A program made the position numbers and the translations under genes. Shown piece after piece: positions 30,600-40,761 of a stretch of DNA of 64,000 nt (the first letter of the stretch is position 1; every line of letters starts with the position of its first letter). The notes beneath the pieces are model-generated. The model saw only the letters and a list, made by a program, of their open reading frames with translations. It did not search any database and had not been told where the DNA came from. Source of the stretch: Nitrosopumilus sp. (GTDB lineage: Archaea > Thermoproteota > Nitrososphaeria > Nitrososphaerales > Nitrosopumilaceae); NCBI GenBank assembly GCA_965205425.1, contig CBDBGZ010000009.1, forward strand, positions 672,001 through 736,000. Reading direction: 5' to 3'.

Positions 30600-32351
30600 A
30601 TGTCAATTTCAATTAATCTAGGTAAAAAGCTCATTTTTTTGGTACTAATAGTATCTGTTGTTACTCTTTCAATTACAGCATTTCTTAGTTTCAATTATGC
30701 TGATCAAATCCTGAAAGAAAAAGCAGGAGATCAATTATTAGGAGAATCTAGAGTTAGAGGAGATACACTAAGATTACTTTTTGAATCACGAATTGAACAA
30801 AATAATATTCTTGCTAGTGATCCTATGATTCAATTATTAATTTCAGAAATGAATCAAATACCTGAAAATGAGCTAAAAGAACTTAAAGAAAGCAATCGAA
30901 GAGATTTTTTAATTCAAGTTCAAGCATTCCAAGAATTAATTGGGTTTTCCATAGAATTTGAAGATACAAAAATAATTGGTAATAATGGAAAAGTATTCTT
31001 TTCTCTAAGCGGTATTACAGATGAAGATTTTATTGATGATGAATTTTTTCAAAAAGGATTAAAAAAATCATTTATAGAATTTGAATCAGCTGATGCTGGC
31101 AAAAAGATGATTGTAGTATCTCCAGTATTTGCAGATGATAGTAAAAAAGGAGATGATGCAATTGGAGTGATTATTTCAAGAATGAGAACGTCATCAATTG
31201 ATAATGTTCTGATTAATCGAAGTGGATTAGGGGAATCAGGTGAAGTTTACATTGTAAATAATCAATTATTGATGTTGTCTGAATCCAGATTTTTAGAGAA
31301 TGTCGTATTCCAGCAAAAAGTTGATACTTTGGCAGTTCAAAAATGTTTCAATAGTGGAGAAAAATTTTTAGGATTTTATGAAGATTACAGAAATGTTCCA
31401 ATTTATGGATCATCTTATTGTGCAGATGATTTAGACATAGTATTACTTGTAGAAATTGATCAGGCAGAAGTAGAAAAACCGATTGAAGATTTACAAGATA
31501 GAATTCTCATAACTGGAATAGTAATTACATTAGGAATGGGAATTACAGCTTTTCTGATATCAAAATCACTTTCAAGACCACTTCTCAAATTAAAAAATGC
31601 TGCAAACAAAATTGCAAGTGGAGACTTCGAAGTAAGAACTAACATCACAACAGGTGATGAAATTGGCGAATTGTCACATGCATTTGATTCTATGGCACAA
31701 AAATTAGAAGAATCATTAATTGAGATTAAAGAGAAAGAAGACGTCATTAAACAACAAGAAGACATATTGTTGAAATTTTCTCAGCATGAACAAAATGATT
31801 GTGTGGGTGTTATTGACATGACAGACTCTACCAGAATTTCATCTAAATTATCTGATGACGATGTGAGTAAAATGTATGAAATTTTTCTTAATTTCATGGC
31901 AAAAATTGTTCGTAAACATAACGGAGAAGTGGTGAAAAATATTGGAGATGCGCTAATGTTTAGATTTGCAAATGTTGATTCTAAAGATATTGTTGCAGTG
32001 AAAAATATTCTAGAATGTTGTTTGAGTATGATTGACTCTCATGATGAACTCAAAAAAGAACTTAATGCGGAAAATATTGATGAGTTAGATTACAAAATTA
32101 GTGCAACGTATGGTTCTGTAAAAGTAGCAAAGAGCACTACATCAAAGATTTCAGATATTTTTGGACCTACAGTCAATAGATGTTTTAAAATAAATTCACT
32201 GTGTCCAAAAAATAGTATTGTAGTTGGCATTAACTTGTATGAAATTTTGAAAGAATTTGATGAATACGAATTTACACAATTTTGCTCTATTGAAATGAAG
32301 AAAAAATATGGCTACAGTATTTTTGAAGTAAAAAGAAGAAAACAGTATTAG
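30600..32351 (+). CDS. Membrane sensor with Cache, HAMP and class III nucleotide cyclase domains
   Basis: Two TM helices, DEIGELSHAFDSM HAMP, IDMTDST, KNIGDALM, DIFGPTVN. Confidence 0.85.
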   Translation: MSISINLGKKLIFLVLIVSVVTLSITAFLSFNYADQILKEKAGDQLLGESRVRGDTLRLLFESRIEQNNILASDPMIQLLISEMNQIPENELKELKESNRRDFLIQVQAFQELIGFSIEFEDTKIIGNNGKVFFSLSGITDEDFIDDEFFQKGLKKSFIEFESADAGKKMIVVSPVFADDSKKGDDAIGVIISRMRTSSIDNVLINRSGLGESGEVYIVNNQLLMLSESRFLENVVFQQKVDTLAVQKCFNSGEKFLGFYEDYRNVPIYGSSYCADDLDIVLLVEIDQAEVEKPIEDLQDRILITGIVITLGMGITAFLISKSLSRPLLKLKNAANKIASGDFEVRTNITTGDEIGELSHAFDSMAQKLEESLIEIKEKEDVIKQQEDILLKFSQHEQNDCVGVIDMTDSTRISSKLSDDDVSKMYEIFLNFMAKIVRKHNGEVVKNIGDALMFRFANVDSKDIVAVKNILECCLSMIDSHDELKKELNAENIDELDYKISATYGSVKVAKSTTSKISDIFGPTVNRCFKINSLCPKNSIVVGINLYEILKEFDEYEFTQFCSIEMKKKYGYSIFEVKRRKQY

Positions 32352-32404
32352 AAAAGATTATCAAAAATATTTTTTAATCTAAAAACAAGTATTTGAGGCT
32401 AGAT

Positions 32405-32749
32405 TTAGCTATTATTTGCTATTTTTTGTGCATCAAGTGCCGCATGAATAAAATCGATTATTTTCAAATAATCGGCTCTTGGTTCGGTACTAAGCATAAA
32501 TAATTCATTTGAATTAATTGGAATGCTGATCATGGTAACTAGTTCATATTCTGTGATTGATGATTTTTCAGACCCAATTTTGTATGCCAAATTAGTGTAT
32601 AGATCTCTTTTTTGTAAAGCATAATGAATTGACATGTTAACCTCATCGCCAACTAATATTTTCTCAACATTTTCTTTATGTCCACCTGCAATCATCTCAC
32701 CTTTACTATTTGCAACACCTGCAAATCTGACTTGCGAATCTAAATCAAG
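32405..32749 (-). pseudogene. Roadblock-like (DUF6659-type) protein, N-terminus removed by IS
   Basis: LDSQVRFAGVAN.KG; the predicted ATG at 32767 lies inside the IS TIR. Confidence 0.6.
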
Positions 32750-32751
32750 TA

Positions 32752-33917
32752 CTTGAGACTTGGGCATAATGATTTATAAAAATAATTTACAAAAATAATT
32801 TCCAATATTTCTCTAACAGCAAAGCATTCTCTTTACAGTTCTTGGATTCTCTGCTCCAATTATACAGTTGTAGTAAACTATCAACTGATACACAAGAACA
32901 CAAACCAACACAAATGATTTTACGTTGTCAAATCCTTTCACATGTACAGTTCTAATGTTGAACGTATCTTTGAATATTTCAAATAAAGGTTCAATTGAAA
33001 CTTTTCTTTGTGAGTACAACTCTTGACCTTGTACATAATTATAAAAATCTGCAAGTTTGATTCGCTCTGGCGGTGTTGATGGATATATTTTGATAGGACA
33101 AATCAATCTCAAATGTCTCCCATCACTAAACTGATATAATGATTTATCATCATATGGCACATCACATAGAACATTTTCAACTAGTCCTGCAAGTGGTTCA
33201 ACTAGTGTTTCAAACATTTTACCATCAGAAACATTTGTAGTTGAGACATCAGCAGATAGTGGGACAACCAGTTTGCCAGTACTACAACTCATATGCAGTT
33301 TGTACCCAAATATCCAACCCTTTGATTTTGAAAAACCCCATTTTGTATCAGTATCAATTCCTGGAATTGGTAAACGATTATTCTTCATGTCAGATTTGTG
33401 CCATACTGGACCTTTTGCTTTTAGTAATGATGAATCAACTGATGCAGATATGTCATCGACTAGTTTCTCTGATACAAACAGACTTCCCATATTACTGATT
33501 ATATCACTAATTGGCAGAACTTGGAATCGTCTGTCAATGGTTCTTCTGTTTGGAATTTGAGTTAATCTGCAAACCTTGAGCAGTTTGTCATTGGAAGGTT
33601 TGATTGAAAGGAAATAATGAAATGTGTTGTTGCTTGGTATTCTCATTGATGACTTTATGATGAACAATTGCACCATCTGGATGGTTGGATACACGTATGG
33701 TCTATGCCCGATCTGAATACTTCCTCATACAAAGACAACATTCCCACCAAATGTAACACGCCAATAAGAAATGATTCCGATAGAATCTTGCCTAGGGATT
33801 TTCATTTGTTTGGACATCATTCCAATAAACAAAACATGATAAGATCCTTAGCTTTTTTGATGGAAGAAATTTGAGAATTGACTCAAAAATTAGAATTAAT
33901 TATGCCCATGTCTCAAG
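32752..33917 (-). mobile_element. DDE_Tnp_1-type IS (IS5/IS982-like)
   Basis: TIR CTTGAGAC(T/A)TGGGCATAAT at both ends, flanked by TA. Confidence 0.8.
32813..33820 (-). pseudogene. Transposase with a degenerate 5' part
   Basis: VDSSLL, GWIFGYKLH, R..IEPLF in ORF 32813-33694; upstream part has frameshifts and an in-frame TGA. Confidence 0.8.
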
Positions 33918-33971
33918 TATCTCAAATTCTTGTGAAGATTAATATCTTCAGAACATTTACAAAAACTGTTA

Positions 33972-35336
33972 ATGATTAGAGAAAAATTTCTCATTGTCGG
34001 AAGTGGAGGACGTGAAAGCGCTTTTGCAATGCGACTCATGCAGGATACTGAAGTTTATGCAGTCATGGCCCACAAAAATCCACTCATTGTAGATTGTGTG
34101 ATACAGTCTGGTGGAAAATATTTGGTGAGCAATGCTGATGATCCAGAAACAGTTTTAGAATTTGCAAAAGAGAACAACATAGACTATACTTTTGTGAGTG
34201 CTGACCAGCCTTTGGCCAATGGTGTAATTGACATACTACTGGAAAATAATTTTAAAGCAATTGGTGGAACAAAGGATGCAACACGCATAGAATGGGACAA
34301 AGTATACTCCATCCAAATAATGCAAAAAGTCTGCCCTGAATTTACTCCATTTTACAAAACAGTATCAAAGGTTGAAGAATTACAAGATGCAATAAAATCA
34401 TTTGAATCCAAAGGATTAGAAATAGTGGTAAAACCGCAGGGACTTACTGGCGGCAAAGGCGTAAAGGTAATGCCTGAGCATCTCTTGACATATCAGGATT
34501 GTGAAAAATATGCTTCTTCACTTTTTAAGAAAAATCCAGACGAAAAAGTATTGCTCGTAGAGAAACTAAAAGGAATAGAGTTTACAATCATGGGAATTAC
34601 TGACGGGCAACATCTCGTGGTATCTCCTGCAAGCTATGACTATCCATTCAGATATGAGGGAGATTGTGGTGCTGGAACTGGTGGCATGGGCTGCTTTACC
34701 AATTCAGAAAAGAAACTGCCATTTATGAGTCAAAAGGACTTGGATGACTGCACATACATCATGCAAAAAATAATTGATGAGATGAAATCTGAAAACCTAT
34801 TTTTCAATGGTGTACTTAATGGAGGATTTTTCAAAACCAAACAGGGCATAAGGTTCATGGAGTTTAACGGACGTTTTGGAGATCCAGAAGGGTTAAACAT
34901 ACTCAGTATTCTTGAGGGGTCATTTTCAGAATTACTGATACATATTTGGAACAAGACATTATCAGAAAATGTAGTTTCATTTGTCAAAAAGGCAAGCGTC
35001 GTAAAATATCTAGTGGCAAAAGAATACCCTGAGCAAAGTGGCAATGCAACATCTTTTAGTATAGATGAAGGTGCAATGATTGAGAAAGGAATAAAGATAT
35101 TCTTTGCATCATGTATCAAAACTGGAACACACCAATATGAAACTCTAAAAAAATCCAGAGTTTGTGCATTTAGTACGATTTCAGATAATATAGAAACTGC
35201 ATCATCAATCATAAACAAGGCAATTGATTCACATGTCACATATGTACAAGAAAACAAGCTAGAATATAGATCAGATATAGGTTCTCAAAAGAGCTTGGAG
35301 AAACTAAAATCAATATCAAGGCAGATGGTCAACTAA
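33972..35336 (+). CDS. purD: Phosphoribosylamine--glycine ligase (GAR synthetase-like, ATP-grasp)
   Basis: VGSGGRE, GLTGGKGV, TGGMG, EFNGRFGDPE, YRSDIG. Confidence 0.85.
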   Translation: MIREKFLIVGSGGRESAFAMRLMQDTEVYAVMAHKNPLIVDCVIQSGGKYLVSNADDPETVLEFAKENNIDYTFVSADQPLANGVIDILLENNFKAIGGTKDATRIEWDKVYSIQIMQKVCPEFTPFYKTVSKVEELQDAIKSFESKGLEIVVKPQGLTGGKGVKVMPEHLLTYQDCEKYASSLFKKNPDEKVLLVEKLKGIEFTIMGITDGQHLVVSPASYDYPFRYEGDCGAGTGGMGCFTNSEKKLPFMSQKDLDDCTYIMQKIIDEMKSENLFFNGVLNGGFFKTKQGIRFMEFNGRFGDPEGLNILSILEGSFSELLIHIWNKTLSENVVSFVKKASVVKYLVAKEYPEQSGNATSFSIDEGAMIEKGIKIFFASCIKTGTHQYETLKKSRVCAFSTISDNIETASSIINKAIDSHVTYVQENKLEYRSDIGSQKSLEKLKSISRQMVN

Positions 35337-35556
35337 GAATTTTAATTAGTTCAATTAACCTACTTTGATCAAAACTAGACATATTTTCGAGGAGTGATGA
35401 ATTTGGAGATTCAGTTTAGATTGAACAGTGTAGAATTTTTTTACACTGTTAATTGGCTGAGACCCTTTCGATAATTTTCATACAAATACATATTATAAAA
35501 GTTATACAGTGTTTTAAGATTTTTTAATACTTATATTCTAAAACACTGGATATACT

Positions 35557-36417
35557 ATGATGGCTTCAATCATCAACCGCAAGAAGGGAAAAAGTACTTA
35601 CTATTATCTAATCCACAACACAGGAAAAATTCAACATGAAAAATATCTAGGCAAAATAAAACCAAAAAATGTTGAAAAAATCAAGAGAGAGTTCTTGTTA
35701 TCATTATGGTGTGAGGATTGGGAAATAAATCTAAGGAAGATCAAGAAAGGATATTCTGCACAGGCTAAAACATCAATTAAAGACCATCTAAAAGAATTTT
35801 CTTTGTTATTTACACATGATTCCCAAAAAATTGAAGGCTCAACACTGACAAAAAAAGAAACTTTCAACTTACTCCGATTTTCATTAACTCCAAGTAACAA
35901 ACCAGAACATGACATGATGGAGGCAAAAAAACATCACAAAGTGTATCTGCAAATGCTAGAATCAATGCCCAAACTAACTGAAAAGACAATATTGTCATGG
36001 CACAACGAAATGTTTGATAAAACAAAACCAGAGTTTGCAGGAAAATATAGAAAAGATGCCGTATTTGTAACAAACAGCGAATCAACATTTCCTCATTGGA
36101 AATTTATACCCCGATTTATCAAACATTTTCTAAAAGAATACAGGGAATTAAAAAATACCAAACCAGTTCAATTAGCTGGCATTATTCATTTTAGATTTGT
36201 AAGTATACATCCATTTGGAGATGGAAATGGCAGAGTTTCAAGAATGATCATGAATTACATATTAATAGATAATGACTTTCCGCCACTTAACATAAAATAT
36301 TCTGATAGAGAGGGATACTACAAATCATTAGAAAAAGGACAAGTAGAGGAAAACGAGATTCACTTTCTAAAATGGTTCATGAAATATTATATAAAATCAA
36401 ACAAAAAATACATGTAA
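35557..36417 (+). CDS. Fic family protein
   Basis: HPFGDGNGRVSR motif; SQKIEGS inhibitory-helix-like motif. Confidence 0.92.
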   Translation: MMASIINRKKGKSTYYYLIHNTGKIQHEKYLGKIKPKNVEKIKREFLLSLWCEDWEINLRKIKKGYSAQAKTSIKDHLKEFSLLFTHDSQKIEGSTLTKKETFNLLRFSLTPSNKPEHDMMEAKKHHKVYLQMLESMPKLTEKTILSWHNEMFDKTKPEFAGKYRKDAVFVTNSESTFPHWKFIPRFIKHFLKEYRELKNTKPVQLAGIIHFRFVSIHPFGDGNGRVSRMIMNYILIDNDFPPLNIKYSDREGYYKSLEKGQVEENEIHFLKWFMKYYIKSNKKYM

Positions 36418-36576
36418 ATTGTCTAATTCTGATCAATGTAATTGTCAATTGAAGACACAATGGTATTTAATTGCCTTAAACAATGATCATTTGATTTTGA
36501 CTGCAATCACCAAATAAACTATTTTACTAAAATTGCATTTGTTACTCTTTTTCGAGAAATCCTGAATTTAGATTTT

Positions 36577-36885
36577 AAAGAATACAGTAAGCGATTTTCA
36601 GGATTCGCAAGTTTCTATTCATCAGGCTCAAAAAACCTGTTTTCCATGCATCATCAGTAAAATTATCTTGTATATGTACAAGATCGAAAAGTTTTGTATT
36701 GCAAGCTGGACATATAGGAGCTGTTTTTGTTGATTTTTTGAGCTTTAGTTTGCTATATGAGAGAGTACCAAACCAAACAAAAGAATGCTGACGTTTCTTC
36801 TCTGAAAATAATAGATGATTATGTAGTTGATGGTATTCGCGTACTAATCTCTTTTTTTAATCCATCACCAAATGAAATAATAATT
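36577..36885 (-). pseudogene. Remnant resembling the C-terminus of an archaeal rolling-circle Rep protein
   Basis: Manual translation YHQLHNH...HSFVWFGTLSYSKLKL...CPACNTKL. Confidence 0.45.
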
Positions 36886-36943
36886 TAAGACACGACTACG
36901 CCTTTTATTCAAAACAGTCAAACTTGAAACTAGATGTATAGTA

Positions 36944-37762
36944 TAGCGACGATCAAAAGTTCGCAAACATCTTTGCAGGATTTCTAAAGATATAATTTGC
37001 AACATCAAGCTTGAACTTTGTTACTCTAAAATATTTTGACACTATACCATTCATCATCGCAAACATTGCATAATATTCTGATACCAACAACTCATACTTG
37101 CTTATCTTCCAACACTGTTCTATCATGTTCAAGTACGGTGATCCTTTTGGCAACCATATTAGTTTGACATCTCTATTGTTTGCAAGATATTCTTTTACTT
37201 TTTTTGATTTATGAACTGATGCTCGGTCTAGCATGATTGCAATCTTGCCGTATTTCCAGTGCAACTCCTTTGGATACTCCACAAATGTTACAGCATTGAA
37301 TTTATCATAAACTCTAAACAGTTGACTGTTATTTTCCGTAATTGTTCCATATACTGCCAAGCTTTCATGATTCCCCGTATATGGAAGAAATATTCTCTTT
37401 GCAACTTTTGACCAATATTTTTTTCCTGTCTTTGCATCCCTTAGAAAAAATGCCTCATCAGCCATTGCAATGATAAATCCATTCTTTTTTAGGCGTGAAA
37501 TTCTCTTTCTGATGCGTTGCTGCCAGCTTCGCACAGCAGATACACTTGCATGGTTGATGTGATATTTTTGTGCAGTTTTTGCAGATATCATACTGATGCA
37601 TTATCTTTCTGATGTGAGTAATGTGAAATTTCACTCTAATGGAATAAGATATTGCTTGCTGTAGCATCACAGGAGTAAACAAAGTTAGCATTGCCTTTGA
37701 CATTATGCAATCCATTTTCTTCTTTGAAATTCTCCTTGGTCTTCCACACCTTGGGTGGTCGT
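36944..37762 (-). mobile_element. Truncated IS630-family element with a frameshifted transposase
   Basis: ORFs 36953-37591 (DEA, DRASVH, PKGSPYLNMIE) and 37458-37715; end TA|TAGCGACGATCAAAAGTTCG; cut by ISH3 at 37763. Confidence 0.82.
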
Positions 37763-39082
37763 CAGTAGATGGGAAAGTAACTCAATTTAGATCAAAAACT
37801 ATCAATTATTCAATCAATCTATTCAGATAGAAAAAGCTTGATGGAAGTATGTCACTCCATCAAATATGCATTGTACTTCATTTGATACCATGACACACCA
37901 AGGCGTGATACTATCTAAAGCATTTGAGATTATCACTAAAATAATGTACAATATCTTATTGTTTCCATGCTCTAGTAAAAATAACTCACGGTTCCACAAT
38001 GCAGATGCACATAATTCTATCATGTCATTGTGTTTGGGAAATTCATATTCTGAATCTGGATTAAAGAGACTGGCAATGGAATCAGATAATGCTTCTCCAA
38101 CTGGTTTCATGGTTGAGAAAAATCATATCAAAAATATCACAAAAAACAATGCAAATTCAATTACATCGTTCACTAGATAGTACCATATCAAAATTACAAG
38201 AATTGGGAGTATTGGAGCAACCAGTTACTGTGGCAATTGACAAACATCTAATCCCAAGATATGACAAATTGCCAAATCATTCTTTAATAAAATCAAAATC
38301 TAAAAACAGTACTACTCATTTTGAGAGTTACTGCACCATGCAGTGCGTTGAAAAAAGAATCAGGGCTCAATTAGGTTGTTATCCTTTGTATGACAACATA
38401 TCAAATGCCGGTTTTGTGCGTAAATTACTCTCTGATGGCATCAATAATGGAATCAAGATTAAACTATTGCTAGTGGATAGGGAGTTTTTCACAGCTGGAA
38501 CAATTTCAGAAATAAAACAAAAGAATTTAAAATTTCTAATGCCTGCAAAAAAGAATTCTCGAATCAAAGATGCCATTTTACAATACGTTAATGGAGATAG
38601 AAAATCAATCTCGCCATACACAATAAAATCATCATCAGGACATGTAGAATCATTTAATCTAGTTATTCTACCAAACAAAAATGCAAGAAAAAAATCAAAT
38701 ATTATTGATCAGTATGTTGTGTTTGCAACAAACGTTTCACCAAAAGAAATATCATATAACATACAAAACATTCCAACTGATTACAAGAAACGTTGGGGGA
38801 TTGAAACAGGCTATGCATGTGTGGGAAGGTTCAGACCAAAAACCACCAGTTCAAACCAATCCATAAGATTGTTGTATTTTTACTATTCATTGATTTTGTA
38901 CAATGCATGGATAATTGCTAATTTGATTATCTCAGAAGAAACCAATGTAAAAAATTACAAACCAATAATATCAATTGAAATTCTCAAATATTTCTTTGTA
39001 AAGATAATTATTCATTACTTTAGAAATAACAAAAATAATTATTTCCTAGAATGTGTAATTTGATGTACTTTCCCATCTACTG
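37763..39082 (+). mobile_element. ISH3-family insertion sequence, 1320 bp
   Basis: Perfect 17-bp TIR CAGTAGATGGGAAAGTA; no target duplication. Confidence 0.85.
37866..39063 (+). pseudogene. ISH3 transposase with a 1-nt frameshift near 38105
   Basis: AIDKHLIPRY, VDREFF, YKKRWGIETGY; removing one T joins SPTG/SWLRK. Confidence 0.8.
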
Positions 39083-39183
39083 GATATTGTCACAAAATTT
39101 AGTTACGTACAAAAACTCAATGGTGTAATGATTTTTTGAAATTATGCCTAAGTGTTAACCCCTCTAAAATTTTCAGAAAATAG

Positions 39184-39233
39184 AAAAAAAGGCTAGTTCA
39201 GTGGAGAACTAACTCGATCGTCAACCACATTGT
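39184..39233 (-). ncRNA. Antisense trailer of the adjacent tRNA, ending in a hairpin and T7
   Basis: Complementary to the tRNA 3' end, anticodon arm and D arm; hairpin GTTAGTTC-TCCACT-GAACTAGC, then TTTTTTT. Confidence 0.6.
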
Positions 39234-39260
39234 ATTGATAGTTTTTCTAATTAAACATTG

Positions 39261-39332
39261 TGGAGACGTCGGGATTTGAACCCGAGACCTTTCAATTGAC
39301 GATCGAAAGTTATACCACTAAACTACGTCCCC
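39261..39332 (-). tRNA. Atypical tRNA: Ala-type acceptor (G3:U70, A73) with anticodon GTC (Asp)
   Basis: GGGGACG TA GTTT AGTGGTA TAAC T TTCGA TCGTCAA TTGAA AGGTC TCGGG TTCAAAT CCCGA CGTCTCC A. Confidence 0.85.
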
Positions 39333-39376
39333 ACAAAAATAATTGAACCATATCAGTTTTAGTTGTTTTGAAAAAT

Positions 39377-39708
39377 CTATTTTTCTTTTATCTTGGTTTT
39401 TTTAATCAAATGATAGGATTTTGAACTTTTTCCAGTACTGGCAAATCGAGGCAAATTTTTTGGAGTCAATTTATCAAGTTCGACAAGAATTTTTGTTTGC
39501 AGTTGTCTCAAGTCTTTATCAGAAAGTTTGAGCCAATCTGAAAATGCGTTATTTTCATTTTTTTAAAATCCTCATCAGAGATTTCAGGATCACCTAAAAA
39601 TTCTTGCAAATCAAAATCCTCATCAAGTTTATGAAATTTATGATTTACAACATGTTTTAGTTTTTGAATAATTGTAAACATTGCAAGATCTTTTACGTCA
39701 ATTTCCAT
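39377..39708 (-). pseudogene. ~110-aa hypothetical gene upstream of the atypical tRNA, split at an A7 run
   Basis: ORF 39508-39708 continues in the -1 frame as ENNAFSDWLKLSDKDLRQLQ...KIKEK* to 39377. Confidence 0.55.
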
Positions 39709-39968
39709 ATTTTGTATATCATAATTTAAAATAAAAACCCAAAAAACAAGTGATTTTTCTTAAGATTTGTATCGTAAACCCATGGTTTCAGAGTAAAATT
39801 AGCATGTTAAAGATTGATTTATGCGTAAAAAGAAATTCAAAAATTACTTTGCTGTAGAGATTTTTGTTATTCCTATAATGAGCACTATCTATACCTTGGA
39901 GGCATAATTCTTTGCAATTTTTCAAAACAAATAGCAATATTTTTTCATCAGTAGTTAGAAATGATTTC

Positions 39969-40112
39969 ATGAACATCACAAATGACGAGTTACTCCAGGC
40001 CTACAAAAAAGAAAAGTACGGTAAGAAAAAGGAAAGACTGCATGCAATGTGTATAATTAAGATCAACAAATCTACAATTGCTGAAACTGCCAACCAAATG
40101 TTTTGTACATAA
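39969..40112 (+). pseudogene. IS630-type transposase N-terminal remnant
   Basis: ELLQAYKKEK..KKKERLHAM, similar to orfA at 4360. Confidence 0.6.
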
Positions 40113-40232
40113 CCATATGTGCCAAAATCAGCTAGGAAATTAGATGGTACTTGCATTCGTATCAAGAAAGTAAGAAATGCAAACAAACACACTACCCTTC
40201 CTGAAAAAAAATATTTGATGTTTGTAGGATTG

Positions 40233-40535
40233 GATGTTCCCAAGAGAATTCTCAAGTAGTATGATGGCAACATTACAAGTGATTCGTATCCTGCATGGAA
40301 CCATGTTGGAACAACTCACCAGAAATGTCACATCCATTATCTCAGAGAGGTTAATGATACCATTAATCACAAGAATCCCGGACCAGAATTTGCACCATTT
40401 GCCAAGAATCTCAAGAAAATAATTTATGACTCTCATGGTGTGGCAAAAATAAAATCAGAATCAGAAAGAATCCATGCAAAAAAGAATCTTTACACTGTTC
40501 AATCTCCGGAGCTTTTCAACAGGGTGTTAAATTAG
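40233..40535 (+). pseudogene. IS66-type transposase remnant
   Basis: Manual translation YDGNITSDSYPAWNHVGTTHQKCHIHYLRE. Confidence 0.65.
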
Positions 40536-40761
40536 AGACTTTTTGTGTTAAGTTAGGTGCTTAATTCAAATCAAGTGATTTAGAATTAGCAGAGATGTGT
40601 TTAGAAACAAATTGTGCCGGTATGATGTGATAAGTGAGATTGTTTGCGGGATTGTCAATTTCAAGATAAAATGGAAAGAAGAATTTGTTGTAATTCCATA
40701 AAATTAGAAATTAAATGATAGAAAAGTTAGATTTTTGCTTGTAATTGCGCAACTCAATCCA

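Noticed and set aside
32750..33956. Restoring the roadblock-like gene by excising the IS
   Set aside because: The joined frame meets a stop within a few codons, so the right flank is foreign DNA
39191..39224. Plus-strand split-tRNA 5' half
   Set aside because: It lacks an acceptor strand and a clear BHB, and the G:U pattern and T7 favour a minus-strand antisense role; not fully excluded
39261..39332. Ordinary tRNA-Asp or an att-site fragment
   Set aside because: It is full length, with G3:U70 and A73 rather than Asp identity elements
40001..40436. ORFs 40001-40273, 40140-40436 and 40234-40422
   Set aside because: Shadow frames over IS630 and IS66 remnants
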